Shown here one piece after another: positions 37,813 through 47,732 of a stretch of DNA of 55,269 nt. The position numbers and the translations under genes were made by a program. The stretch is from an uncultured virus (IMG/VR IMGVR_UViG_3300042260_000394) (Duplodnaviria > Heunggongvirae > Uroviricota > Caudoviricetes). Below the pieces are notes generated by a model. It ran no database searches. It was given only the letters and a program-made list of their open reading frames with translations, and was not told the origin of the DNA. The stretch lies in IMG/VR virus record IMGVR_UViG_3300042260_000394. The stretch is one strand, 5' to 3'. How positions within the stretch are numbered: position 1 is the stretch's first letter; each line of letters begins with the position of its first letter.

Positions 37813-38507
37813 CACTACACATTATTACGCCACAGGATTACGATGACCATGCTAAAATTACATCAATGGATGCAAAGTTTGTCAATGCCTCTGTTGAAAT
37901 TAACATTGTCAATGTAGAAAAAGATCCATATAGTCAGATTAAGCAACTTGCTACTCTTGACTTAAAAGCCGGAGACATTATTTGTCTAGCTGGAACATGC
38001 ACACGTCAATCAACTGTAGCAGTTGCTGAACTAGCTGCCGCAAAGAAAATAAATCTCATGCCCGGAACAGGTACAGATCATCGCGGAGTCCCAATCCAGC
38101 CACACAAGATAAATGCACGTGCCGCAATTGAGAAAAATGATATTACAGCTTGGCCCTATTTAATGGTCATTGGCGATCCTGAGTTAGCTAAAAAGAGTTT
38201 TGAGATCGTACCTGATTTAGATAGCACACTATACTGGCCTAACTATGTACCAGAACCTGATCAAGTACGCATTGAGCATTTGCTTGCTGTAGTAGCCTCA
38301 ACCGGATTATGGGAAACTCCTGAATGGTTTAAAATTGTTGATTTGTCTGTGCGAGACTTAGAGCTTGCTCCGGTTATGTATGCAAGTCATATGTGGCATG
38401 ATTGGATTGCTTTCTATCCTGCTAACGGAAATTTTAAACTTGAAAATCATTCACAGCTACATCCAGTTTGGTTAGCTGGTAGCACTAAGCCATTGGAATA
38501 TTGGTAA
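37809..38507 (+). CDS. Hypothetical protein, possibly a degenerate glycosyltransferase
   Basis: ATGA-coupled 232-aa ORF with no clear DxD motif. Confidence 0.6.
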   Translation: MTLHIITPQDYDDHAKITSMDAKFVNASVEINIVNVEKDPYSQIKQLATLDLKAGDIICLAGTCTRQSTVAVAELAAAKKINLMPGTGTDHRGVPIQPHKINARAAIEKNDITAWPYLMVIGDPELAKKSFEIVPDLDSTLYWPNYVPEPDQVRIEHLLAVVASTGLWETPEWFKIVDLSVRDLELAPVMYASHMWHDWIAFYPANGNFKLENHSQLHPVWLAGSTKPLEYW

Positions 38508-38509
38508 TC

Positions 38510-39484
38510 ATGGCAGAGTTAAAGTTTGAAGTACGCCGACGAGAAAAGAAACGAGCAGAGTTTTGGTGCGTCAATTACGACGAGCACACAGGCAAGATAA
38601 AATCAATTGAGCCTGGTGATCGTCAAGTTGCTGGTGTGCTTATAGTTAACTATGCCCGTGTTAAGAAAATTCTTGCAGGTGAAAGCAATCAAAACGATTA
38701 CAGAGTATCCCTCAATGAGAATCTTGGCGTACTTGACTTAGTAGACATAAGACGTCCGCTTGAGTATAAAAAGAAACAAGTGTACCGTGGATGGTTATCT
38801 GCGGCAGAATCAGAAAGCTACGCACCAGCTTCGTTACGTGCGACACTTTTTGCAGACACTGGGCACATTCGATTTGAAGCAAGTCGAGCCTGGACCACAA
38901 GAGTAAAAGATGGCTTAGATAGAAACACAATGTCTGATAGTATTCCGTTTTTTATTAGCGATGCACAAGATCCGCACAACCTATTTGGATATGATTCAAT
39001 TAACTTAGCTGAAGTTATTGAACGTGGATTTTGGGAAAAGCGCCTATGGGCATTTATGGATCATGCCATTATACAAAAAATATTGTATCATGGACAAGAA
39101 GTTCGCATCAATATGCAACCAGTCGCAGATAGCTTTAACTTTGTACGAGCCCAACAGCACTCCGAGTTCTCTGAAATCATTGACGAACGTACAATTCTTA
39201 GTAGGACAGGTCCCGGAAAGCATCTTAGCGTATATTCTAAGAATGGTTCACTGTGGGTACAAAGTCATTACACAAGGGGCTGTGCAATTGATCAGATAAC
39301 TGGTAATTTGTCAGTAGCAGTATTATCCCAACCTGACCCTGACTTCTTTGTAGCCTGGGCTGAACTACCTGCACTTATGCTACGACAAGAACATCCGTTT
39401 GAATTGATTTCAAATTGGCCAGACCATGTGGTCCCAAGTTTGTTATATAAAGCTAACAACATAGATATCGGAGTACTCCAATGA
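38510..39484 (+). CDS. Hypothetical protein
   Basis: Long ORF within the operon; start re-called to ATG 38510. Confidence 0.7.
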   Translation: MAELKFEVRRREKKRAEFWCVNYDEHTGKIKSIEPGDRQVAGVLIVNYARVKKILAGESNQNDYRVSLNENLGVLDLVDIRRPLEYKKKQVYRGWLSAAESESYAPASLRATLFADTGHIRFEASRAWTTRVKDGLDRNTMSDSIPFFISDAQDPHNLFGYDSINLAEVIERGFWEKRLWAFMDHAIIQKILYHGQEVRINMQPVADSFNFVRAQQHSEFSEIIDERTILSRTGPGKHLSVYSKNGSLWVQSHYTRGCAIDQITGNLSVAVLSQPDPDFFVAWAELPALMLRQEHPFELISNWPDHVVPSLLYKANNIDIGVLQ

Positions 39485-40452
39485 AAACCCCAATTACAGA
39501 ATTTGACGTAGTGTTTATCAGCTACGATGAACCAAATGCAGATGAGAATTATGCAGACTTGCTAGAAAAGTGCCCGTGGGCCAAACGCAGTCATGGCGTG
39601 TATGGTAGCGATGCTTGCCATAAAGCGGCTGCAAAGTTAGCTGAAACAGAACGCTTTATTACAATCGACGCCGATAACAAAGTTCGTCCAGACTTCTTTG
39701 AGATGGAGCTAGACTTAACTAAGTTTGATCGCAGTGACGTACTAAGCTGGAGCGGCAAAAACGTTATCAACGGACTTGTATATGGCAATGGCGGTGTCAA
39801 ACTTTGGCCCAAAAAAGTTGTAGAACAAATGCGAACACACGAAGCAGTTGATGGCGGCGCTGGCGCTGTTGATTTTTGTTGGGACATTCACTATCATCAG
39901 TTAAACAACATCTACTCTGATGTGTATAACAATTCTACTCCATATCAAGCATATCGTGCAGGCTTTCGCGAAGGTGTTAAGTTGGCACTACACGACGGCA
40001 AGCCGATGGACTGGAGACAAATTGCCGCCCGCAATAACTTTAAAAATCATCGCAGACTGTTAGTTTGGATGAGTGCCGGCCAAGACGTGCAAAATGGATT
40101 GTGGGCCATGTACGGTGCTCGATTAGGTTGCTATTTGACCAACTTACGTCGAGACTGGGACTACAAATTGGTAGCGGATTTTGAATGGCACAATCAATAC
40201 TGGAGCGAAACAGTAATGCCAATGTTTGCTGGTAACGAAGAAACATGTCCAGTGTCAAAGTACTCGTGGAGTAAAACAGCACTTATGGCTGAAACTGTAA
40301 AGTTGGGTAAACTACTACGCCAAGAATTAAAATTGGATATTGCTGAACTTGATGAAGCTGGTAGCAGATTCTTTAAGGCAAGTTTCTTTAATCCACATCG
40401 TTTAGCACCTCATATCAAAGAAAGTGATGTTGAACAGTTTATCGCTGAGTAA
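39481..40452 (+). CDS. Putative glycosyltransferase, paralog 1
   Basis: DVVFISYDEP, ITIDADN (DxD), NGLVYGNGGVKLW and AYRAGFREGVKL motifs. Confidence 0.75.
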   Translation: MKTPITEFDVVFISYDEPNADENYADLLEKCPWAKRSHGVYGSDACHKAAAKLAETERFITIDADNKVRPDFFEMELDLTKFDRSDVLSWSGKNVINGLVYGNGGVKLWPKKVVEQMRTHEAVDGGAGAVDFCWDIHYHQLNNIYSDVYNNSTPYQAYRAGFREGVKLALHDGKPMDWRQIAARNNFKNHRRLLVWMSAGQDVQNGLWAMYGARLGCYLTNLRRDWDYKLVADFEWHNQYWSETVMPMFAGNEETCPVSKYSWSKTALMAETVKLGKLLRQELKLDIAELDEAGSRFFKASFFNPHRLAPHIKESDVEQFIAE

Positions 40453-41327
40453 TGTTAGATATCTTTTTCATCTCAATGGGCGAAGAAGGCAGCGAAGCCA
40501 ATTGGCAACGCTTGCTTCAACTTGCGCCTACAGCAAAGCGTGTTGATAACGTAAAGGGCATCTACGAAGTACATCGTGCTTGTGCTCAGTTAAGCACTAC
40601 TAAAAACTTTTATGTAGTTGATGCAGACGCATGGGTACTCGACGGATTTAAATTTCATTGGGAACCCGACGCTAAAACATTACACTGGGGAGTTCCTGAA
40701 ACAGAATGTGTTTTGGTTTGGCCTAGTCGCAACCCAGTTAACGGGTTAGAGTATGGATATGGCGGCATTAAAATGTTCCCTCAGGCTCCATTTTTAGAAG
40801 ATAAACAATGGCGCATTGACCTGTCTACTACTGTTGGTCGCGCAACAGTTAGCAAAGAACAAGTCAGTTGCGAAACACGATTTAATGCTACTCCTGAATC
40901 GGCTTGGATTGGTGCATTCCGTGAATGTGCTAAACTTGCATCATTGAGTATGATTAAAAGTCGTGTACGCAAAGCAGTTGCAACTAAAAATGAAGAATTA
41001 AGCAAGCTAGCAGAATATGTCGCAGAGCAAATAGATTGGGCCCCAGAGAAACGTGCCACGTATCGTCGAGTGCAAAGTGTACTGATTGCTGACCGTTATA
41101 GCCACGAATCAAACATTTACTCTTACTGGGCAGAAATTGAAGAATGTAGTCGTCGCAGATTACATTGGGCCACAGTGGGCTGGGAAGCGCACAATGGAAA
41201 ATACAGTGTACTAGGAGCACAAGCCGGATCTCGGTTTGGACTACAGTACAGCGATGATTTGACAATGCTTGATAAAATTAACAACTGGGACTGGTTGCGA
41301 GGAGAATTTAAAAATGTCAATGTTTAA
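40452..41327 (+). CDS. Putative glycosyltransferase, paralog 2
   Basis: DIFFIS, VVDADA, NGLEYGYGGIKMF and AWIGAFRECAKL motifs. Confidence 0.75.
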   Translation: MLDIFFISMGEEGSEANWQRLLQLAPTAKRVDNVKGIYEVHRACAQLSTTKNFYVVDADAWVLDGFKFHWEPDAKTLHWGVPETECVLVWPSRNPVNGLEYGYGGIKMFPQAPFLEDKQWRIDLSTTVGRATVSKEQVSCETRFNATPESAWIGAFRECAKLASLSMIKSRVRKAVATKNEELSKLAEYVAEQIDWAPEKRATYRRVQSVLIADRYSHESNIYSYWAEIEECSRRRLHWATVGWEAHNGKYSVLGAQAGSRFGLQYSDDLTMLDKINNWDWLRGEFKNVNV

Positions 41328-42285
41328 CGTTAAGCCAAAGAAACAAAATACAAGAACTACCTTTGCAGATATTCCTGTTGTATTTTTAAGTTTTGACGAA
41401 CCAAATGCTGAGGCACACTGGGACCTATTGCAACAAGTAGTTCCGCATAAAAGAATTGCTCGTGTGCATGGTGTAAAAGGATTTGACGCTTGCCACAAAG
41501 CCGCAGCCGACGCATTTCCAATGAGCGATTATGTTATTACAGTTGATGCTGACAATCAAGTTGATCCAAAATTCTTTACTAAGTCTTTGCCCCAAAACAT
41601 GAACGGGCAAGTTAGTTACACCTGGGGTGGTCGTCAAGTCACAAACGGTCTTATGTATGGTAATGGTGGCCTAAAGATGTGGAGTACTGAACACTTGTCT
41701 AATATGAAGAGTCACGAGCTTGCTGATGAAGAACGTGATGCAGTAGACTTTTGCTGGGACTTTCAACGCTACAAAGAACTGCCAGGATGCTGGAGCAACG
41801 TACACACAAATGGTAGCCCTTATCAAGCATTTCGTGTAGGCTTCCGCGAAGGTGTAAAGCTATCAATGGAGCAAGGCCGTTTACTTGCGTTTGACGAGTG
41901 GCCAACTACAATGCATGCCGCAAACTATCAACGATTGCTAACATGGATGACCATTGGCCGAGATATCGAACACGGTATTTGGAGCGTATATGGCACCAGA
42001 CTTGCTGTTAAAATGTTGCAGTACGATAACTTTAACTTTGTAAACATCCGTGATTACGATTGGTTCAAAGATTTCTTTGAGCAACATTGTAATGCTGATC
42101 CAGTAAAGGCTGCTAAAGCACTTGGAAAGAATATAAGCGATGGGTTAGGCTGGATACTTCCAGACTTTGACGCAGAGCAAAGTGCATTTATTAAGCAAAC
42201 ACAATTGCACCCTGACAAGCCATTGACATATGAAGATGTTGAATGGCGTACAAATTTAAGTTTATATGGATGGTTCCGTGGATAA
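41314..42285 (+). CDS. Putative glycosyltransferase, paralog 3
   Basis: VVFLSFDEP, TVDADN, NGLMYGNGGLKMW and AFRVGFREGVKL motifs; start re-called to ATG 41314 (GAGGAG RBS). Confidence 0.75.
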   Translation: MSMFNVKPKKQNTRTTFADIPVVFLSFDEPNAEAHWDLLQQVVPHKRIARVHGVKGFDACHKAAADAFPMSDYVITVDADNQVDPKFFTKSLPQNMNGQVSYTWGGRQVTNGLMYGNGGLKMWSTEHLSNMKSHELADEERDAVDFCWDFQRYKELPGCWSNVHTNGSPYQAFRVGFREGVKLSMEQGRLLAFDEWPTTMHAANYQRLLTWMTIGRDIEHGIWSVYGTRLAVKMLQYDNFNFVNIRDYDWFKDFFEQHCNADPVKAAKALGKNISDGLGWILPDFDAEQSAFIKQTQLHPDKPLTYEDVEWRTNLSLYGWFRG

Positions 42286-43444
42286 AAATGCAGAATTAAG
42301 ATCAGCGTTAATGTACTTTACTGACGAAGCAATTGGATACCGTCATAGTATTCATTTCCTTCATCGCTGGATTGAAACTGGAGAACAAGCTGAGTTAGAA
42401 GGCCTGATCCTCGAAGTCGGCCGCGAAAACTTTGTTGATTTACAACCATTGCTTGATACCGTTAAAAATCCGTCTAATACAGCAGGTATCGCAACACTGT
42501 ATAATTTTATTAAGATACACGGAGTATGTTGCACAGGCGATCAATACACTCGAATACTGCCACCACCACAAGTTGATGACACAGTATTGCATAATATAGA
42601 AGGCAACGCCTGGGCCATGCATAATTGGATTGAAGCAAATACCCATGATGGCATTAGTCCGTATTACTACATTGGGCGGGCGTACGGATTATTACAAGAG
42701 GCATCAAGTAACTTTTATAAAATTTTTGAATTGCTTGAACTTATGTTTGGCAAGGACGTTACATTATTCTCGGCAGTACAAGATGATGATATTAAGTTGT
42801 TAGGTAAGCTATTGAGTAATTATTATCCTAGTTGCAGTAAACATATTAATAGGTTAGCACATTCTGTTGCCGAGCATCCAGATTTAAATTGGAAAGATGC
42901 ACTAAGCAGAAACCAAATTAAAAGCAAACTGTGGTTAATTGAACAAATGGATGCGCTTAAAATATTACCAAAACCTCGCAAGTATGCAACCGACGAAGCC
43001 TCTAATGTACTACTAGTAGGTGGATGGGTTGGCATGTTAAGTTTCTTGGCTGATATGAAAGGCAAGTTCCTTGACACTGTAACTAACATTGACATTGACG
43101 AGTCCGTTCACGGTGCATCATCTGATTTAAACTCTGTTACAGGTTCGACATTTAGAACTAGCAATAGAGATGTGAGAAAACTAAACATTGCAAAGTATAA
43201 CAAGCCAATTGTAATTGATACCATTGTCGAGCACTTTGCTGATCACGGTGAATGGGTTAAAACATTACCAAAGCAGGCTGTGATTGTGCTTCAGGGCAAC
43301 GACATGTTTGATGTTCCTGACCATGTAAATTGCCACAAAACATTAGAAGAGTTTATTGCGTCATGCGGGTTAAATAACATTATCTGGTCCGGAGAACTAA
43401 ATCTCTATAAATGCACTAGATATATGGCTATTGGTACCACATGA
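42266..43444 (+). CDS. Class I SAM-dependent methyltransferase-like protein with N-terminal extension
   Basis: QIKSKLWL, VLLVGGWVG, NIDID and LQGNDM..PDHVNC motifs; the true start may be GTG 42278. Confidence 0.7.
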   Translation: MDGSVDKNAELRSALMYFTDEAIGYRHSIHFLHRWIETGEQAELEGLILEVGRENFVDLQPLLDTVKNPSNTAGIATLYNFIKIHGVCCTGDQYTRILPPPQVDDTVLHNIEGNAWAMHNWIEANTHDGISPYYYIGRAYGLLQEASSNFYKIFELLELMFGKDVTLFSAVQDDDIKLLGKLLSNYYPSCSKHINRLAHSVAEHPDLNWKDALSRNQIKSKLWLIEQMDALKILPKPRKYATDEASNVLLVGGWVGMLSFLADMKGKFLDTVTNIDIDESVHGASSDLNSVTGSTFRTSNRDVRKLNIAKYNKPIVIDTIVEHFADHGEWVKTLPKQAVIVLQGNDMFDVPDHVNCHKTLEEFIASCGLNNIIWSGELNLYKCTRYMAIGTT

Positions 43445-43962
43445 CAATTGATAGACGTTTTAGAAGATATAGTAACACTTGTATAGATTTGGTTAGGTTA
43501 AAAGCTGAAGCATATACGCTAATGTACGACTATCCAAACGGAGTTTATCATACCCAGCGTTCTTTGCAAACTGATGGCTCAGATGATTGGGCAGTTGGTA
43601 CTGGATCAATGCCTGGCATAGACGAATCAATTTGGGATAAGTTGCACCCTAGTTTAGCAGGAACTTGGTGGGAACAGTTTTTTGCAGATTTACCATTCAA
43701 AGTGTATAGGGCGCGACTGCTAACTATTCAACCTCGCACTTGCTATAGTATACACACTGATAGGACACCGCGTATTCATATCGCAATAGATACACACCCA
43801 CAGGCAAGATTTATTTTTACAAATCCACCAGCAGTGCGACATATACCAGCTGACGGGCATATCTGGTGGGTGGACACCCGCGAAGAACATTCGGCAATGA
43901 ACGGTAGCATGAAGCCACGTATTCATTTTGTTGCTTGCCTGGATAACACCGACCCTGATTAA
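43441..43962 (+). CDS. 2OG-Fe(II) oxygenase (aspartyl/asparaginyl beta-hydroxylase-like)
   Basis: RARLL...SIHTD (HxD), RIHIAI and EHSAMN...RIH motifs. Confidence 0.8.
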   Translation: MTIDRRFRRYSNTCIDLVRLKAEAYTLMYDYPNGVYHTQRSLQTDGSDDWAVGTGSMPGIDESIWDKLHPSLAGTWWEQFFADLPFKVYRARLLTIQPRTCYSIHTDRTPRIHIAIDTHPQARFIFTNPPAVRHIPADGHIWWVDTREEHSAMNGSMKPRIHFVACLDNTDPD

Positions 43963-43966
43963 GTCA

Positions 43967-43972
43967 TACATA
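43967..43972 (+). promoter_or_regulatory. Late promoter variant TACATA, 5 nt before ATG 43978
   Basis: caTACATAcaggtATG; same spacing as the other boxes. Confidence 0.5.
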
Positions 43973-43977
43973 CAGGT

Positions 43978-44592
43978 ATGACATTAGAAGTTATTCATAC
44001 CTGCGCCGAACACTTTAGTAGTATAGAGTCACTATATAAAGATTTCCTAGTAGAGATTGCAAACGACCCATTACCAGCAATGGTTAATATGGGGTATGAT
44101 CTTCCTGCAGGTCTTGGGTACATTGTTAATAATAGAACCCGCTGGACAGAAAAAACTGGTCAAATTGACCTGTTACTAGACGATGGTAAAATTGTAGGCA
44201 TTAGCGCAGTTGAAACAAGCTCACTTTCGGGAGCATTTGGCAGTGGCGGCAATCGTTGCTGGTTATTACCAAAGTATCGAGTGCATAACGAAATTACAAA
44301 GTACCTGTTAGCATCAAACTTACAGTGGTGCAAGGAACGTGGACATGTAGGTATGATTTTAACATTCAACGACTACAACAAGTGGATTTATACTACAATT
44401 AAAAGACGTACAACAGGCCAGGCGGGGGCATTAGGCCCGGTTTGGAGCACCTGGTGGAATGATTGTATCCCGTTTGAGCAACAGTTAAACGTATTCAACA
44501 CACCACAATGGGCAGTAGTAAAACCAATTGCCAGCAACGAAGTAGTACTTGACGGTATGAATAACATTGATCGAGAATTTAGAATAGCATGA
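43978..44592 (+). CDS. Hypothetical protein, GNAT-like fold suspected
   Basis: DDGKIVGISAV, RCWLLPKYR and ILTFNDYN resemble acyltransferase motifs. Confidence 0.5.
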   Translation: MTLEVIHTCAEHFSSIESLYKDFLVEIANDPLPAMVNMGYDLPAGLGYIVNNRTRWTEKTGQIDLLLDDGKIVGISAVETSSLSGAFGSGGNRCWLLPKYRVHNEITKYLLASNLQWCKERGHVGMILTFNDYNKWIYTTIKRRTTGQAGALGPVWSTWWNDCIPFEQQLNVFNTPQWAVVKPIASNEVVLDGMNNIDREFRIA

Positions 44593-45539
44593 TTGTAAAC
44601 ACTGAAGATTTGCATTTAAAATATTGGTACGGCAATGACCGTAATAAAATCTGGCGCACAGAAAATTTAGAAACAACATCAATGAGTGTTGGCGGGTGCA
44701 TACGAAAGCCAATGAGCTTCAAAGCTGAACTCATTAGAAACGCTCGTAGATTACATAAATCATATCCAGATTTGACTATCTTTTTAAGCGGTGGCCTTGA
44801 TAGTGAGATGGCACTGCAAAGCTTCTTGGCTGCAGGCATCACTCCAAAAATTGTTACCATAAGATTCCCCGACGGCAAGAATATACATGATATTGGCCCA
44901 GCAATGCGAATGTTAGATCACATGGGGCTAAAGTATACAGTCATTGATGTAGATCCAGAAGAATTTGTAATGAGTGGAGAAGCATTTGAAATAGGTGCTC
45001 GCTTTCAAGGGTATAGCTTTTATCAACAGCTTCTTATGAAAGTAGCAATGGATTACAATGCTCCAATGATTACAATTGACGAAATTGAATTAGAAAAGCT
45101 ACCAAGTATCAATTGGGAAACTGGAGAGCACTACAATCGTTGGGTGTTCCTAAAGAAAGAAGATCAGGATGGTGTATGGCGCAGATTTGCTGACGCAACT
45201 GGCATTCCAGCACTTAACAACTTTTACAGTTACAGTCCCGAATCTATTTTGGCATTCTTACAGTTGCCAACAGTTGATGACTTGGTAAATGATCGTATCT
45301 ACGGTAAATTGGGATGGACCAGTAGCAAGATGAAAATTTATTCGCACCTGGGATATAACTTTAGAAAGCGTCCCAAATGGCACGGCGTTGAAAACTACAT
45401 GCACCTGTGGGACTACGTTAGATATAATGTATATGAAAAGTCAAACTTAAACTTTGACGAACGTAGTTATGTCATGCCAATTGACCAACTAAGACAAAAT
45501 TTAATTAATGGAGTAGAAACAGTATGCAATATAGCTTAA
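44589..45539 (+). CDS. Adenine-nucleotide alpha-hydrolase / asparagine-synthetase-like ATP-dependent ligase
   Basis: IFLSGGLDSE PP-loop; no glutaminase domain. Confidence 0.7.
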   Translation: MIVNTEDLHLKYWYGNDRNKIWRTENLETTSMSVGGCIRKPMSFKAELIRNARRLHKSYPDLTIFLSGGLDSEMALQSFLAAGITPKIVTIRFPDGKNIHDIGPAMRMLDHMGLKYTVIDVDPEEFVMSGEAFEIGARFQGYSFYQQLLMKVAMDYNAPMITIDEIELEKLPSINWETGEHYNRWVFLKKEDQDGVWRRFADATGIPALNNFYSYSPESILAFLQLPTVDDLVNDRIYGKLGWTSSKMKIYSHLGYNFRKRPKWHGVENYMHLWDYVRYNVYEKSNLNFDERSYVMPIDQLRQNLINGVETVCNIA

Positions 45540-46168
45540 TGCCAATGACACTTGATCATTTGCCAGGCTTGGTAGAGTTTGCAGAGCATATCTATGCAAA
45601 TACGGATCCCGACAAATATCCAGATTTTAAAATATCAAACGACGTCGATGACGAAGGCAAGCGCAAAAAGTTCTTTTCAGCGTTCATGCTACCTAGCACG
45701 TTTAACAACTACAACATCAGACAGTGTTATGCACTTGTTGATGAGCACGGGGTATATCAAGCCGCAGTTGGCGTTAAGCGTTGGAATCATATGCCAAGTT
45801 GGAGTTTGAGCTGGCTATTAAGTCCTAGCATGGGTGTAAAGTTTATTCCAACGTTTAGAACAATTATTGCAGAACTTTGCAAGGTGCATGAAGCCGCTGG
45901 TATGAATGAATTTTATGTAAGCTATCCAGCCCATCGTGAAGCCGCATATAGCAAGATTATGTTACCTGTGCGTGAAAACTACTACAGTTTTGTTGAATGT
46001 ACAATCGAAGCTAACACTCGTAGCCACTATAGTTTTATCCACGAACTAATGGGGCATGCGCTACATCCGCACGATATGAACCTGCGAAGATATATACTAC
46101 GCAGAGAAAACACATTACCGCCAAGCCAGGGAGGCACGGCAATCCCTTTAAGTAAAGCTACTTCATGA
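45524..46168 (+). CDS. Hypothetical protein, possibly GNAT-like
   Basis: 214-aa ORF overlapping both neighbours; the fold guess is weak. Confidence 0.55.
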   Translation: MQYSLMPMTLDHLPGLVEFAEHIYANTDPDKYPDFKISNDVDDEGKRKKFFSAFMLPSTFNNYNIRQCYALVDEHGVYQAAVGVKRWNHMPSWSLSWLLSPSMGVKFIPTFRTIIAELCKVHEAAGMNEFYVSYPAHREAAYSKIMLPVRENYYSFVECTIEANTRSHYSFIHELMGHALHPHDMNLRRYILRRENTLPPSQGGTAIPLSKATS

Positions 46169-47052
46169 AAAATTGGTTAAACAAACAAGCTGAGTTGTAT
46201 CGCAAGACACACCAGATCCCTTACATTCTTGCAATATGGTTACCGTACCATATTGCCGCAATCGCTACAATTGCATATACTGTTGCAACAGGCTGGTCAT
46301 GGCATTACTTGCTACTTGCTGTACTTGGTTGGGTATTACTCGACGGTGTTGGCAACAACTTGACACTACATCGTTGGTTAAGTCATAAGTCATGGACACC
46401 ACATAAATGGGCCGAACCTTTCTTATTATGGGCGGCAACATTAGTAGGTGAAGGTAGTCCATTATGGTGGGCGGCGTTACATCGCGGACACCATCATAGA
46501 GTAAGCGATCAACCAGGCAAAGACATTCATACCCCAGTTGGCAACGGTTGGTGGTTTAGTTATATGGGATGGCAGTTTGGCATCGAACAAAACTCTGTTA
46601 GCTTCCGCTATGCAGTTGATTTGCTTCGTGATCGTCGTGTTACTTTTGTGCATGAAAACTATAACAAGATCATTTACGGTACATTGTTATTGAGCTTCTT
46701 CCTGTTTGGTTGGCAAGCTACTATCTGGTTCTTTGTTGTTGGCGCACTTATGAGCTTGCATGCCGACGGCCTTGTTAACACATTTGGACATGTACCAGCC
46801 GCTGGCTATCAAAACTTTGAAAATAAAGACCAAAGTACTAACGTATGGGCAATTGGCTACTTTCACTGGGGCTCAGGTTGGCACAACAACCACCACAAGC
46901 AAGCAAGCTCGTTTGACTTTGGCACATCAGTAAGCGGACGTTGGCACGAATTTGATCCATGCTTGCTTCTTGTAATCCCTTTCGCTCCGCTTTCGGAGAC
47001 TAAACGCTTGTGGAAAATCCGTAAAGATGCTATACTTGCTTATAAACTTTAA
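46165..47052 (+). CDS. Membrane acyl-CoA/fatty acid desaturase (delta-9 type)
   Basis: His boxes HRWLSH, HRGHHH and WHNNHH plus transmembrane stretches. Confidence 0.9.
   Translation: MKNWLNKQAELYRKTHQIPYILAIWLPYHIAAIATIAYTVATGWSWHYLLLAVLGWVLLDGVGNNLTLHRWLSHKSWTPHKWAEPFLLWAATLVGEGSPLWWAALHRGHHHRVSDQPGKDIHTPVGNGWWFSYMGWQFGIEQNSVSFRYAVDLLRDRRVTFVHENYNKIIYGTLLLSFFLFGWQATIWFFVVGALMSLHADGLVNTFGHVPAAGYQNFENKDQSTNVWAIGYFHWGSGWHNNHHKQASSFDFGTSVSGRWHEFDPCLLLVIPFAPLSETKRLWKIRKDAILAYKL
47008..47036 (+). promoter_or_regulatory. Possible sigma70 extended -10 promoter for thyX
   Basis: TTGtgg-N17-TATACT with TG extension; the same TGCTATACT as the gp55 promoter. Confidence 0.5.
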
Positions 47053-47060
47053 GGATTATA

Positions 47061-47732
47061 ATGACAGTTCGCCTCGTATCATATTCTCAGCCAACTGAGG
47101 AATTTAGAAATGAAGGTATTGCGGATGCACAAGAGCTTATTGCTTTCTGTGCCCGCGTATCAAACCCTACTAACCAGTACAACACTGAAACTAGTGAAAA
47201 ACTAATCAAGTATCTTGTTAAACATGCACACTGGAGCCCACTTGAAATGGCAAGTGCATGTGTAGAGATTACTACCACACGTGATATTGCACGACAAATT
47301 CTGCGTCATCGTAGTTTTGCTTTCCAAGAGTTCTCTCAGCGTTATGCAAACCCAACAGAAGATTTAGGCTTTGTTATTCGTGAAGCACGTTTTCAAGATA
47401 CAAAGAATCGACAGAACTCCGTTGAGTTGGACTTAACAGATCCTGCTCAACGCGAGCTAAACAACATTTGGATCGAGAAACAACAAGACATTATTCGTCT
47501 TGTTAAAGAAACATACGGCTGGGCAATTAGCAATGGCATTGCTAAAGAACAAGCACGTTCAGTATTACCAGAAGGCAACACAGTTAGCCGCTTGTACATG
47601 AATGGTACATTGCGTAGCTGGGTACACTTTATTGAATTGCGTAAAGAAAATGGCACACAAAAAGAGCATCAACTTGTTGCCCTTGCGTGTGCCAAAGCTA
47701 TCTCGGCTATCTATCCGATGTTAAGCGTCTAA
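47061..47732 (+). CDS. thyX: Flavin-dependent thymidylate synthase
   Basis: HWSPLE, QILRHRSFAFQEFSQRY, AKEQARSVLP and TQKEH motifs. Confidence 0.96.
   Translation: MTVRLVSYSQPTEEFRNEGIADAQELIAFCARVSNPTNQYNTETSEKLIKYLVKHAHWSPLEMASACVEITTTRDIARQILRHRSFAFQEFSQRYANPTEDLGFVIREARFQDTKNRQNSVELDLTDPAQRELNNIWIEKQQDIIRLVKETYGWAISNGIAKEQARSVLPEGNTVSRLYMNGTLRSWVHFIELRKENGTQKEHQLVALACAKAISAIYPMLSV

Noticed and set aside
46985..46998. Hairpin CTCCG-CTTT-CGGAG as terminator
   Set aside because: It lies inside the desaturase CDS and lacks a U-tract.
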